A DNA stretch of 64,000 nucleotides from an uncultured delta proteobacterium (GTDB lineage Bacteria > Myxococcota_A > Polyangia > Palsa-1104): the NCBI GenBank assembly GCA_963785725.1, contig CAWAWS010000007.1, positions 576,001 to 640,000 of the forward strand, written 5' to 3'. The notes under the pieces are model-generated. The model worked only from the letters and a program-made list of their open reading frames with translations. It was not told the origin of the DNA and ran no database searches. Position 1 is the stretch's first letter; each line of letters begins with the position of its first letter. Of the stretch, positions 41,002 through 50,926 are shown one piece after another. The position numbers and the translations under genes were made by a program.

Positions 41002-42429
41002 ATGGCTGACGAGAAGACGAGCGACAAAGCGGCAGACAAAGGCAAAGAGGCGAAAGCGCCGGTGCAGAGCGCGGAAGACGCGGCGTCGGCCGAAGGCGCG
41101 ATCGATCCCAACACGTCGAAGCTCGGTAAGTTCATCCTCAAATATCACACGTTCTTGTCGAGCTTCGTCATCGGCGCGGTCGGCTTGATGGCGACGTCGA
41201 TCTGGCAATATCGGCAGTCGCAGACGACGCGCTGGCAGGCCGAGGCGCAGCAGAAAGTGGCCGAGACCCAGGCCGCCAACAGCTGGAAGATCGAGCGCGC
41301 CGAGATCCTCGCCAAGAACCTGCAGGTGCTGGCGTCGACGGGCGCGAACACGGTCGATCAGCGCTACGGCGTGCTCTTGTCGCTGGCGCGCGGCAATATC
41401 CTCGATCCCGAGTTGTCGGTCTCGTATGCGCTCGAGCTGGGCAAGGACAACCCCGATTACATGCAGTCGGTGCTGTCGAATACCAGCGACAAGGATTATC
41501 TGCGGCTGTCGCGCTCGTTCGTGCTCAGCTGCGATCAGAAGTACGGCGTCACGCGCGCCGTCGACGCCTGCGCGAACGACAAGCTGGCGCCGCGTTCGCG
41601 CGCGATGGGGCAGCTCATCCTCGACGAGACCGAGGCGGCGTCGGCGCAAAATCAGCCCGGTCCGCTCGTGATGTTGAAGGACGAGCGTCAGGTGCAGCAG
41701 AACGTGCAGCGCTTCGAGGCGCTGTTCACGCCGACGCTGACCGACTATTACGAGCGCCGCCTGTGGAACGACGTGACGAAGTTCGAGAACTATTCGCCGG
41801 GCGCGCATCTGGTGGCGGCGTTGGTGTTGGCGGCGGCGCGCACCGGCGAATTCCAGACGGCGGACGCGGCCAAGCAGCTCGACGAGTTCCACGCCGCGCA
41901 GACACAGTGGCTGACGAAGTACATGATGAGCACCAGCTGCGACGCCGAGTGCAAAGGCAAGATCCTCGAGGTGATGGTGTCGCAATACCAGGAGTCGCAA
42001 GGTGACTACGACATGTCGCTGCGCCAGCTGCTCGAGAGCCCGCACGCGACGTCGGGGGTGGCGATCTCGCGGCTGCACGCGCGGCTCTTATGGTGCCAGG
42101 TGGACGCCAGCGACCTGAATCCGCTGCGCGATCGCGTGCTCGTGCCGGCGGCGACGGAGATGCTGGCGAGGCCGAAGGCGGATCCGACGATCGTCGACGA
42201 CATCGTCGGGCTGGTGGCGCTGGTGCCCGAGCCGCCGACGACGGACGGCAATGCGACGGCGGCGTGGAAGGCGCTGATGACGACGCTCGACGGCAAAGCG
42301 AGCGCGCGCTTCGGGCGGATTTACAAGGAGCGCCGGGCGACGGCAGCGCGCGAGCGGACGGCGCCGCCGCCGGCGATGCGCAAGGTCAGCTTCTGCGGCG
42401 CGGCGGCGTCGGTGGCGCCGACCGAATAG
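41002..42429 (+). CDS. Membrane-anchored hypothetical protein
   Basis: Long ORF with strong GC3 bias, one N-terminal TM, helical region with several Cys; abuts the dinB stop. Confidence 0.8.
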   Translation: MADEKTSDKAADKGKEAKAPVQSAEDAASAEGAIDPNTSKLGKFILKYHTFLSSFVIGAVGLMATSIWQYRQSQTTRWQAEAQQKVAETQAANSWKIERAEILAKNLQVLASTGANTVDQRYGVLLSLARGNILDPELSVSYALELGKDNPDYMQSVLSNTSDKDYLRLSRSFVLSCDQKYGVTRAVDACANDKLAPRSRAMGQLILDETEAASAQNQPGPLVMLKDERQVQQNVQRFEALFTPTLTDYYERRLWNDVTKFENYSPGAHLVAALVLAAARTGEFQTADAAKQLDEFHAAQTQWLTKYMMSTSCDAECKGKILEVMVSQYQESQGDYDMSLRQLLESPHATSGVAISRLHARLLWCQVDASDLNPLRDRVLVPAATEMLARPKADPTIVDDIVGLVALVPEPPTTDGNATAAWKALMTTLDGKASARFGRIYKERRATAARERTAPPPAMRKVSFCGAAASVAPTE

Positions 42430-42438
42430 CTGCGGCGA

Positions 42439-42741
42439 GTGGCCAAACGCCACGCGACAGCGACGGCGCGCACACGCCGCGCCCGTCGTCGTGCGTTTGC
42501 TTACCGAATCTGCTTATCGACCTTCATCGTCGGAGTGTGGACCTCTCGCAGCTGCCCGTTGGGCTGCGTGACCGTCGACAGCCGCTCCTTTTGCGCGCAG
42601 TGCGTGCCCGGCACCAGCTCGTGCGACGACGGCAATCTCTTGGTCTGCGGCGAGAATTACACGTGGCTGCCCGGCGGCCTGTGCCGCGCGAACGCCTGTC
42701 AATGCGGCGGCAAATGGCCCCACTGCGACGTCTGCAATTAG
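42439..42741 (+). CDS. Small Cys-rich ORF, possibly a gene remnant
   Basis: C-terminal half (CPLGC..FCAQCVPG..SCDDGNLLVC) resembles myxobacterial Cys-rich repeats; the N-terminus and start are unconvincing. Confidence 0.4.
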   Translation: MAKRHATATARTRRARRRAFAYRICLSTFIVGVWTSRSCPLGCVTVDSRSFCAQCVPGTSSCDDGNLLVCGENYTWLPGGLCRANACQCGGKWPHCDVCN

Positions 42742-42742
42742 C

Positions 42743-43210
42743 TCAGCGCTTGAAGACCCAATAGCGATTGCCGGGATAGTTCCAGGCCAGATAGACGACC
42801 ACCTGCGAGATCAGGAACGCCAACACCGGCTCCACGTGCAGGCGATACGAGAAGAATGACGGTATCGCCGTGTTCAAGACCAAGCTGCCTGCGAAGATGA
42901 CCAGCTGCTTTGCGTATTGGGCGCGAACGTCGCCGATCTCCGCCGCTTCGAAGGCCCAATATTTGTAGAGCAGGAAGCTGATGGCGTTGGCCATGAACTG
43001 GACCGACGAATAGGCCAGCCAGGCGCGCACGTGCACAACGTGGACGAGGATCGGCAGCAGCGCGAACTCGGAGCCGGTGGCCGCGATCGACGCGATGGTG
43101 GAGCGGGTGAGCGTGCGCACGTGCGACGGCGGCGACGCGGCGCCGGGCGCCGTCACCGACGACGGCGACGCGGGTGGCGACGGCGGCGCGGCGTCCGCGC
43201 CGTCGGTCAT
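42743..43210 (-). CDS. GtrA family flippase-like protein
   Basis: Four TM segments, ISFLLYKYWAF and WNYPGNRYWVF; ATGA overlap with the upstream aminotransferase. Confidence 0.85.
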   Translation of the reverse strand: MTDGADAAPPSPPASPSSVTAPGAASPPSHVRTLTRSTIASIAATGSEFALLPILVHVVHVRAWLAYSSVQFMANAISFLLYKYWAFEAAEIGDVRAQYAKQLVIFAGSLVLNTAIPSFFSYRLHVEPVLAFLISQVVVYLAWNYPGNRYWVFKR

Positions 43211-44520
43211 GCGCGGTGCGCTTGCAGCGCCGCCAGCGACGCTTCGAGCAGGTCGACGCCTTCGCGCACTTCGGCCTCGCTCACGACGAGCGGCGGGTTG
43301 ATGCGGATGCGCGGCGAGTAGCACATCGTCAGAAGGCCGCGGCCCAGCGCGTTCTTGAACAGCCACTCGCAGTCGGGCTTCGCCAGCGGCGCCTGCGTCT
43401 CGGGATCGACGAGATCGACGGCGCACATGAGGCCGAGGCCGCGCACGTCGCCGACGACGTCGAAGCGGCGCAGGCGCTGCAACTCGCCGAGCAGCAGCTC
43501 GCCCATGCGTGCGGCGTGACGATCGAGCTGCTCGTCGACGATGACGCGCGTGACGGCGTCGGCGGCGGCGCAGGCCAGCGGCGAGCCGCCGTACGACGAC
43601 GACGAGAACGACGGCCGGCTCCACGGATCGGCGTCGGCCACGATCTTGTCGGTGGTGACGACGCCGGCGACCGGGAAACCACCGGCGACGCCCTTGCCGA
43701 ACGTCAAGATGTCGGCCTCGAAGCCGAACGTCTGCTGCGCGAACATGCGGCCGGTGCGACCCCAGCCGGTGATCATCTCGTCGGCGATGAAGAGCGCACC
43801 GTGCTTGTGGGCGATGTCGCGGACGCCTTCCAAGAAGCCGGGCGGCGGCAGGATGTTGCCCGCCGTGCCTTGCACGGGCTCGACGAGAATGGCCGCCAAT
43901 TTACCGGTCGTCGACAGCTTGATCGTGCGCTCGAGCTGCTCGAGATCGCCCCACGGCGACAGATAATTTCCCGCCGGCAGCGGCCCGAGGCCGTGCTTGA
44001 AGTCCGAGCCCATGAGCGCGAGCACGCCCGTCGTCTTGCCGTGAAAGCCGCCCCAAAAGGCGATGACCTCGTGCTTCTTCGTGTGCGCGCGCGCCAGCCG
44101 CAACGCCGACTCGACCGCTTCGGCGCCGCCCGAATACAACATCGTTCGCGTCAGCGCACCCGAGCCGATCTGTCCCGTCTGCTGCGCGATGCGCTCGAGC
44201 AGCGACGCGCGCGCCTCCGACGCGTAGCTGCCCGACGTCAACGCCAGCGCTTGGCGATGCAGCGCTTCGGCGAGCGCCGGATGGCCGTGCCCGAGCGACG
44301 CGACGCCGATGCCGGCGACGAAATCGAGGAAGCGATTGCCGTCGGCGTCGATGAGGACGGCGCCGTCGCCGCCTTCGAACGCCAAGCCAGCCAGCGTCGA
44401 AATCTGCTGAATTCCCGGCGCGAGATAGGGCTTTTCACGGGCGCTGATGGCGCGTGACTTCGGTCCCGGCAGCGCGGTCATGACATGCGCCCGTTTAGGG
44501 GGCGTCGAACGGTTCATCAT
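43207..44520 (-). CDS. Class III PLP-dependent aminotransferase
   Basis: DADGNRFLDF, SGGAEAVE, GFHGKT, EPVQG, ADEMITGWGRTG, TFGKG (PLP Lys); overlaps the upstream stop. Confidence 0.93.
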   Translation of the reverse strand: MMNRSTPPKRAHVMTALPGPKSRAISAREKPYLAPGIQQISTLAGLAFEGGDGAVLIDADGNRFLDFVAGIGVASLGHGHPALAEALHRQALALTSGSYASEARASLLERIAQQTGQIGSGALTRTMLYSGGAEAVESALRLARAHTKKHEVIAFWGGFHGKTTGVLALMGSDFKHGLGPLPAGNYLSPWGDLEQLERTIKLSTTGKLAAILVEPVQGTAGNILPPPGFLEGVRDIAHKHGALFIADEMITGWGRTGRMFAQQTFGFEADILTFGKGVAGGFPVAGVVTTDKIVADADPWSRPSFSSSSYGGSPLACAAADAVTRVIVDEQLDRHAARMGELLLGELQRLRRFDVVGDVRGLGLMCAVDLVDPETQAPLAKPDCEWLFKNALGRGLLTMCYSPRIRINPPLVVSEAEVREGVDLLEASLAALQAHRA

Positions 44521-45290
44521 CGGGCGTCTCGTTTGTCGAGTCCGGCGAGCACGAAGCGTGCGCGCCAGATGGCGGTGACATTGGCGGTGACAGCCATGAG
44601 CGCCAGCATCGCGATGACGCTGAAGAAGCGCGGATGGACGACGCCGGGCTCGGTGTAGTGAGCCACGATCGGTGCGGTGCAAGTGGCGAAGCCGAGATAG
44701 ACGCCGCGCTCGTGGCGCTGCATCCAGCCGACGTTGGGATCGATGCCGACCGACTCGCCTTTGGCGCGCGTGTAGCTCGTCAGCGTCGAGCCGATCATCG
44801 TCGCCGTGGCCAAGGCCAGCGGCAGCAAATCGTTGCGGTAGTAGTACATGAGGCCGAGGAACGCGATGAGATCGTTGTAGCGATCGATCGTGGCGTCGAA
44901 GAATTCGCCGGCTTCCGAGGAGACGTTGGTCTTGCGGGCGACGATGCCGTCCCAGGCGTCGCACATGAAGCCGAAGAGCAGCGCCCAGCCGCCTTCGAAG
45001 AAGCGACCGCCGGCGAAGCAGAACGCGGCAGCGACGGTGAAGACGAGCGACAGCACCGTGATCATGTTGGGCGTGACGCCGAGGCGAACGCAGGCGCGCG
45101 CCGGCCCGTCGAACATCCAGTAGCCGTACTCCATGAGCACGCGCGGCAAGTAGGGCGAGCGAGCGATGCGATCGATGCGGGCGGTTCGCGGCATGCCACG
45201 CACTGCGCTCAGTCCCAGAAATACGAGGAACATGAGGGCCCAAAAAGCCACGGGCAGGGCGTACAACCAGACGAACATCCGGCGAATCAT
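44517..45290 (-). CDS. CDP-alcohol phosphatidyltransferase, phosphatidylinositol-phosphate synthase-like
   Basis: TPNMIT, DAWDGIVAR...GEFFDATIDRYND signature, SYTRAKGES..G...RHER. Confidence 0.9.
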   Translation of the reverse strand: MIRRMFVWLYALPVAFWALMFLVFLGLSAVRGMPRTARIDRIARSPYLPRVLMEYGYWMFDGPARACVRLGVTPNMITVLSLVFTVAAAFCFAGGRFFEGGWALLFGFMCDAWDGIVARKTNVSSEAGEFFDATIDRYNDLIAFLGLMYYYRNDLLPLALATATMIGSTLTSYTRAKGESVGIDPNVGWMQRHERGVYLGFATCTAPIVAHYTEPGVVHPRFFSVIAMLALMAVTANVTAIWRARFVLAGLDKRDAR

Positions 45291-45359
45291 ATGCGCGACC
45301 GACGTGACCGCAAGCCTGAAATAAGCTACGAACGTGTTGAATTTCTGACAGGTATGAGG

Positions 45360-46145
45360 ATGATGCGGACTCTTTTGATCTTCGTAATCTTGGCTTCGGC
45401 GGCGTGTGCCGCGCATAAGCCGACTCCAGTCGCGCCGGTGCCCGAGAAAGCCGCGGCGGAAACGCCGGCGCAGCCGACTACGCCGACGCCGGTAGCGCCG
45501 CCGATGGACACGGTGGCGACGCCCGATGCGGCGCAGGCGGCATCGCCCGGGAACAATGCGGCGCCCGCCGTCGTCGCGCCGCGCGCGGGCGACAAGGCCG
45601 TCAAAGCGGCGAGCAAAGATCATACGGTCGACGGGCGGCCGCTCCTGCGCATCGGCGGCGGCGCTCGCGTCGTCGACGGCGCCAAGTGGTACGACGCGAC
45701 GCTGTGGGTCGACGACGTCGACGGCAAGCGCGCCTTTCCCGCGCTGGCGATGCGCGCCGGCGGACGCGACAAAGCGCGGCTCGTGCACGGCGATCACGCG
45801 CCGGCGTTCGTCGTCTGGGGCCGCTTCAACAAGCAGCTGGTCCTGCATTTCGTCAAAGCGGTGAGCGCCAAGCAGCTGCGTGACGACATGGCCGACGCCA
45901 TCGAGCAGGGCCGCGGCGGCGACGCCTTCTTGGCGCTGCTCGGCGACGCCGCGGCCGGCGACGAGTGGATCTTGACGACCAAGGACAACGGCGAGCTGCA
46001 GCTCGATGCCGGCGGCGAGACGAAGACGACGCCGCAGAGCCCGAAGCTCGTGCGCGCCGTGTGGAGCATCTGGCTCGGCCCGAAGGCGGTGGCGCCGGAG
46101 CTGCGCCAGTCGCTCATCGGCAACATCGATCTGCTCGGTCGGTGA
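45360..46145 (+). CDS. Lipoprotein with chalcone-isomerase-like domain
   Basis: Lipobox SAAC, Pro/Ala linker, LLRIGGGAR...WYDATLWV, RAVWSIWLGPKAVAPELRQSL. Confidence 0.75.
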   Translation: MMRTLLIFVILASAACAAHKPTPVAPVPEKAAAETPAQPTTPTPVAPPMDTVATPDAAQAASPGNNAAPAVVAPRAGDKAVKAASKDHTVDGRPLLRIGGGARVVDGAKWYDATLWVDDVDGKRAFPALAMRAGGRDKARLVHGDHAPAFVVWGRFNKQLVLHFVKAVSAKQLRDDMADAIEQGRGGDAFLALLGDAAAGDEWILTTKDNGELQLDAGGETKTTPQSPKLVRAVWSIWLGPKAVAPELRQSLIGNIDLLGR

Positions 46146-46157
46146 TAAACTGATCGC

Positions 46158-47174
46158 GTGATGCCCCGACTCGGCCACGCGCTGGTACTGCTGCTGGCCT
46201 TGACGCGCGTGGCCGGCGCCAACGAGCCGACGAAGCTGCGCGTGGCGACGATGGCGCCCGAAGGCTCGGGCTGGGCGCGCGCGATGCACGCGTTCAGCGA
46301 GGAGCTGGCGACCGAAACCGCGGGCGCGGTGCAGCTGCGTTGGTATTTGGGCGGCATGGCCGGCGACGAGCTGACGACCATCGATCGCCTGCGCCGCGGC
46401 CAGCTCGACGGCGCGGCGCTGTCGCAAGGCTGCGAAAGATTGGCGCCGTCGCTGCGCGTGATGCGCATTCCCGGCCTGACGCGCTCGCGGGACGAAGTGC
46501 ACTACCTCATCGGCCAGCTCGGTCCACGCGTCGAGAAGGAGCTGCACAAGAACGGCCTCGTCGGCCTGGCGCTCGGTGAATTCGGGCCTATTTTGCTGTT
46601 TTCGCGCACGCCGATTCGCACCTACGAAGAGCTGGCGCCGCTCAAAGTGTGGGTCTGGGATCGCGACGACGTCTGGGTGCAGCTGTTGCGCGCGATGGGC
46701 ATGTCGCCGGTGCCGCTGCCGGTCGATCAGGCGGCGCGCGCGTTCGACGAGCATCGCATCGACGGCTTCACGGCGGTGCCGGCGGCGGCGCTCGTGTTCC
46801 AATGGTCGACGCAAGCGCGCTGGTTCACCGACTTGAGCATGGGCATGCTGCCGGCCTGCCTCGTCATGTCGCAGTCGGCGCTGGACGCGCTGCCGCTCGA
46901 TCAGCAGAACACGCTGCGCACGGCGGCGGCGCGGTTCGGTGAGCGCTTCGAAGGCGAAGCGGCGCGGCTCGACGCGGCGCTCTTGGGCGGCCTGCTCGAG
47001 CGCCAAGGCATGCACCGCGTGGCGTCGGACGAGGCCTTGCGCGAGACGTTCTACGGCGCCGCGCGGCAGGCGCGCGACTCGGGCGGCGCGCAAGGCATGG
47101 TCGAGCCCGAGCTCTTGCGCAAAGTGCTCGGCTGGCTAGCCGACTACCGCGCCGAGCACTATCCCTCCCGCTAA
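46158..47174 (+). CDS. TRAP-type (DctP family) substrate-binding protein
   Basis: Signal peptide; LRVATMAPEGSGW, YLGGMAGDE...LRRGQLDG. Confidence 0.85.
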   Translation: MMPRLGHALVLLLALTRVAGANEPTKLRVATMAPEGSGWARAMHAFSEELATETAGAVQLRWYLGGMAGDELTTIDRLRRGQLDGAALSQGCERLAPSLRVMRIPGLTRSRDEVHYLIGQLGPRVEKELHKNGLVGLALGEFGPILLFSRTPIRTYEELAPLKVWVWDRDDVWVQLLRAMGMSPVPLPVDQAARAFDEHRIDGFTAVPAAALVFQWSTQARWFTDLSMGMLPACLVMSQSALDALPLDQQNTLRTAAARFGERFEGEAARLDAALLGGLLERQGMHRVASDEALRETFYGAARQARDSGGAQGMVEPELLRKVLGWLADYRAEHYPSR

Positions 47175-47277
47175 AACAGTGTCGCCTGGCTCGTGATCCA
47201 TCGCGAGATCCAGCGTCCGGCGCTGCGGTGACTGCTCACATACCAAACGTATGCTGCGCGGGCCGGGTGACACTGTT
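47175..47277. repeat. 103-bp element bounded by 19-bp imperfect inverted repeats (MITE-like or long hairpin)
   Basis: AACAGTGTCGCCTGGCTCG ... CGGGCCGGGTGACACTGTT (16/19 complementary); inner hairpin CATAC-CAAAC-GTATG. Confidence 0.65.
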
Positions 47278-47287
47278 CAATCGCCGG

Positions 47288-47665
47288 CTATTCGAGGTCG
47301 ATGGGCGTGGGCGTCGTCGGGATGGTGTCGCCGAGCGTGATCGTGGCGGTGCCTTCGGCGACGATGTTCTGCTTGCTGTCGAGCGCGTCGAGGATGACGA
47401 AGTTGGGGCCGCCCGGCAGCTGGTTGTACTGCCAGCGCGCGCCGTTGATGCACGGGATGGGCTCGATCGAGACGTCGTTGCAGTCGCTGCGCAGCTCGAT
47501 GGCCAAGGACGCGATGCCTTTGCAGCCTTGATCGGCGTTCGGCGGCTGCGACTTCACCGTCCACGACAAGAGCACGATGCCGTCGGGACATTGGCCGCCG
47601 TTATTGCCGTTGCTGCTGCCGCAGCCGGCGACGAGAAGCACGATGGAAAGCCCGAGCGTGCGCAT
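47288..47665 (-). CDS. Small lipoprotein
   Basis: Lipobox LVAGC; paired Cys; beta-rich sequence. Confidence 0.8.
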   Translation of the reverse strand: MRTLGLSIVLLVAGCGSSNGNNGGQCPDGIVLLSWTVKSQPPNADQGCKGIASLAIELRSDCNDVSIEPIPCINGARWQYNQLPGGPNFVILDALDSKQNIVAEGTATITLGDTIPTTPTPIDLE

Positions 47666-47699
47666 GATACGCTCGAATCGTGGCCTTAAGTCGCGCCTG

Positions 47700-48368
47700 A
47701 TGCCAACCGTTTTTGTGCTCCTCGTCGCCGCGCTGTTCGCGGACCTGCGCTTGACCGCCGAGCTCGTGGGCTTGCGCGTGCGCGCTCAGCTGCACAACGA
47801 CGGCGACGCGGCGGTCACCGTCGTCGTCGGCGACAAGTGCGCGGTGGCGGCGCCGTTCACGCTCGTCGTCGACGGCAAGCCGCGCCCGTTCATCGGCAGC
47901 GACGGCCCTTGTCAGCTGGCGCAGCCGATCAAGCAGACGCTCGCCGCCGGCGGCAGCTACGCCATCATGTCCGACACGCTCGACGGCCGGCGCCACACGA
48001 TCGAAGCCCGCTACGAAGGCATCGCCGCGCCGCTGCTGCACGCCGAGACCGAGCTGCGCGTCGAGCTGAAGCTGGCGGGCACGGCGCACGTGGCGGCGGG
48101 CAAGTCGGTCGACCTCGAGCTGTCGCACCTGAATCGCAGCCCGGAAGAGACGCCGCTGCCGACGTGCGGGGAAGATCGCCTGCTCGTCGACGGCAAAGAG
48201 GTGGCCTGGCCGGCGACGGAGGCGTGCAACCCGGCGCCGCAATCGATCCGTGTGCGGGGCGCGTTCGTGACGCGCGGGCGGCTGCGGCTCGACGCCGGCA
48301 CGCACACGGTGCGGGCGCGTTGGCGCGCCGCGCAGTCCAACGACGTCATCATCGAGGTCGCGCCTTAG
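47700..48368 (+). CDS. Exported hypothetical protein with two related Ig-like halves
   Basis: Hydrophobic N-terminus; both halves have N...C...LxVDGK......C...HT. Confidence 0.7.
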   Translation: MPTVFVLLVAALFADLRLTAELVGLRVRAQLHNDGDAAVTVVVGDKCAVAAPFTLVVDGKPRPFIGSDGPCQLAQPIKQTLAAGGSYAIMSDTLDGRRHTIEARYEGIAAPLLHAETELRVELKLAGTAHVAAGKSVDLELSHLNRSPEETPLPTCGEDRLLVDGKEVAWPATEACNPAPQSIRVRGAFVTRGRLRLDAGTHTVRARWRAAQSNDVIIEVAP

Positions 48369-50872
48369 CTCTTCGCGGTCGGCCGTTGGAACAGCAGCGT
48401 CAAGAGCGCGGGCAAGATCGCGAAGGCCGCGCAGAGACAGAGCAGCACGGCCAGCGCACCCGACAGGCCGAGCAGCCGCAGGCCGTCGAAGCGCGCGACC
48501 GCCAGCCCCGCGAAGCCGGCCATCGTCGACAGCGACGTCAGCACGATGGCGCGACCGGTCGTCGCCAACACGCGTCCGGTGCCGGCTTCGGGCTCGGCTT
48601 GATAGCGGTGCACGAGGAAGATGTGATCGTCGATGCCGTAGCCGATGACGAGCGGCACCGACAAGAGGTTGTAGAGGTTGAGCGGCAGCTTCAAGATCGC
48701 CAGCGCCGCCGCGAACAAGATCCAGGCGAGCAACAGCGGCAACATCACCGCCAGCCACGGACGCCAGCGACGATAATAGACCGCCAGCAAGAGCGCGACG
48801 GCCAGGCCGCTGACGAGCGTGACGTGCAGCGTGTCGCGTTGCAAGAGCGAGAGCAGCGCCTCTTCCAGCACCGGCGCGCCGGTGACCACGCCGTCGGCCG
48901 GTCCGCGCGCGAACGCCTGCAGCGCGGCGATGACGGCGGCTTCGCGCTCGGGCGCCGGATAGACGTAGGTGGCGACGGCGCGACCGGCGGCGTCGTCGTG
49001 AACGTGGGCGCGCACGAGGAAGCCGAGCTCGCGCGCGGCCGGGTCGTCGAGCGTCAGCGGCGCCGGACCGCCGGCGAGCTGCCGCAGGAACGCGGCGAAG
49101 GGCGCGACGTCGAAGCCGGCGTCGCCGAGCGCGCGCTCGAGCCGCGCCGCGCCGGCCACGCCGTCGGCGCGCACCAGCGCCGCGCGCCGCATCTGCTGCG
49201 TCTCCAGCGACGGAAACAGCGCCGCCGTCGAGGAGTAGCTGCGGATGAGCCCGGCGCGCCGTAAGCGTTCGACCTCGCCCAGCCACAGGTCGCTCCGCTT
49301 GAGCGCGCGCTCGCGGTCGGCGTCCTCGACGAGCACGATGAGCGCGCGATCGCGCTCGCCGAAGCGGCGCTCGAGCTCGGCCTGCACGCGCACCGGCGGC
49401 ATCGACTGCGGCTGCGACAAGAGGCGGCGATCGAAGCGCGCGCGCCAGGCCAGCGGCGTCGCCGCCAGCGCCAACAGCGCGCCGACGACGAGCACGCGGC
49501 GCGGGCGGCGACCGGCGTAGCGGCCGATGAAGCCGAGGATGCCGTCGCCGTCCGCCGCGATCGGCCGCTTGTCGGCGTGCGCCCACCAGCGAAACGGCAG
49601 CGCCGCCAAGAGCGCCGGAAACACCGTCAGCATCGCCAGCCAATTGAAGACGAGACCGATGCCGGCGAGCACGCCCAGCTCGGCCAGGCCGCGATAGTCC
49701 GAGAGCGCGCAGGCGAAGAAGACGGCCGCCGGGCCGAGCGTCGCCGTCAGCGACGGGCCGGCGAGCGTGGCGATGGTCGTCTCCAGCGCCGCCAGCGGCG
49801 GCCGCCGCGTCAGCTCCTCGCGCAGCCGATTGTAGAGCTGAATCGGCAGATCGATGCCGATCGACACGAGGATGGTCCCGAAGGCCAGCGACACGGCGTT
49901 GATGCGACCGTAGAGCAGCTGCGCCGCCGCCGCCGTCCACACCAAGCCGACGAGCAGCGGCAACGCCACGAGCGGCAGCGCGCGCACGGCGCGAAAGAAG
50001 AGCCCGAAGAGCACGAGCACGGCCACGCCCGACAAGATCGTCGACAGCTGCATGTCGCGATGGAGCCAGTCTTGATAGAACATCCAGAAGGCGCAGGCGC
50101 CGGTGAAGGCGACTTCGGGCTGTTGTGTCCCGCCGTGCAGCTGGCCGTCGGCGGCGACGCGCGCGCCCAGGCGCTGCGCCAGCGTCGTGGCGCCGGCGAT
50201 GAGCGCGCGATCGGCGGCGTAGTTGCTCGTCGGCGCTTTGGGGCGCACGTAAATCAGGAGCGCCTTGCCGTCGGCCGAGCGGAAGTAGCCCGACTGCGCG
50301 TCGACGGGTAGGCCATGCTGCAGCCGCTCCGACAGCTTCGGCAGGAGCTGCAGCGGATCGGCGGTCAAGATCGGCGCCAGCGACGAGCCGCCGGGCGCGG
50401 CCAAGAGCGAGCGCAGATGGCGCACCTGCGTGTCGACGGCGCCCGGCTGCAGGCGCGCGGCGGCGAGCGCGATCTCGTCGTCGCTGAGCAGCGCCAGCAG
50501 GTGGTCGCGCAAGAGCTCGCCGGTCGCCGCCGAGACGCGCCAGCGCACTTCGGCCACGTGCGGCGCCGTCTCGGGCGCGGTCGTCAGCGCGGCGGCGAAG
50601 TCGTCGGCGAACTGCGTCAGCCGCGCGCCGTCGTCGCCCTCGACGAGCACGAGCAGCATCTGCTCGGCCACGAACGACCGCGAGAAGCGCGCGAACGCCC
50701 GCGCCTCGACGCTGCGCTGCGGAAACAGGTCGACGACGTCGGCGTCGATGCGCAGCCGAATCAGGAGCGGGACGAGCGCCAGCGTCGCCACCAACGCCAC
50801 GACGAGCGCGCGCCCCGGGCGCGACACCAGCGTGACGGCAAGGCGCGACGAGGGCACGCGCGCATCATGCAT
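48365..50872 (-). CDS. MMPL/RND family lipid exporter
   Basis: Two repeats of TM + periplasmic loop + 5 TM; SIGIDLPI and GYGIDDHI proton-relay-type motifs; TGRAIVLTSLSTMAGF. Confidence 0.9.
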   Translation of the reverse strand: MHDARVPSSRLAVTLVSRPGRALVVALVATLALVPLLIRLRIDADVVDLFPQRSVEARAFARFSRSFVAEQMLLVLVEGDDGARLTQFADDFAAALTTAPETAPHVAEVRWRVSAATGELLRDHLLALLSDDEIALAAARLQPGAVDTQVRHLRSLLAAPGGSSLAPILTADPLQLLPKLSERLQHGLPVDAQSGYFRSADGKALLIYVRPKAPTSNYAADRALIAGATTLAQRLGARVAADGQLHGGTQQPEVAFTGACAFWMFYQDWLHRDMQLSTILSGVAVLVLFGLFFRAVRALPLVALPLLVGLVWTAAAAQLLYGRINAVSLAFGTILVSIGIDLPIQLYNRLREELTRRPPLAALETTIATLAGPSLTATLGPAAVFFACALSDYRGLAELGVLAGIGLVFNWLAMLTVFPALLAALPFRWWAHADKRPIAADGDGILGFIGRYAGRRPRRVLVVGALLALAATPLAWRARFDRRLLSQPQSMPPVRVQAELERRFGERDRALIVLVEDADRERALKRSDLWLGEVERLRRAGLIRSYSSTAALFPSLETQQMRRAALVRADGVAGAARLERALGDAGFDVAPFAAFLRQLAGGPAPLTLDDPAARELGFLVRAHVHDDAAGRAVATYVYPAPEREAAVIAALQAFARGPADGVVTGAPVLEEALLSLLQRDTLHVTLVSGLAVALLLAVYYRRWRPWLAVMLPLLLAWILFAAALAILKLPLNLYNLLSVPLVIGYGIDDHIFLVHRYQAEPEAGTGRVLATTGRAIVLTSLSTMAGFAGLAVARFDGLRLLGLSGALAVLLCLCAAFAILPALLTLLFQRPTAKS

Positions 50873-50926
50873 GAAACCGTCCGCCGGCGCGACGTCCGCC
50901 GCCGATTATGTGCGATATTCGAGGAT

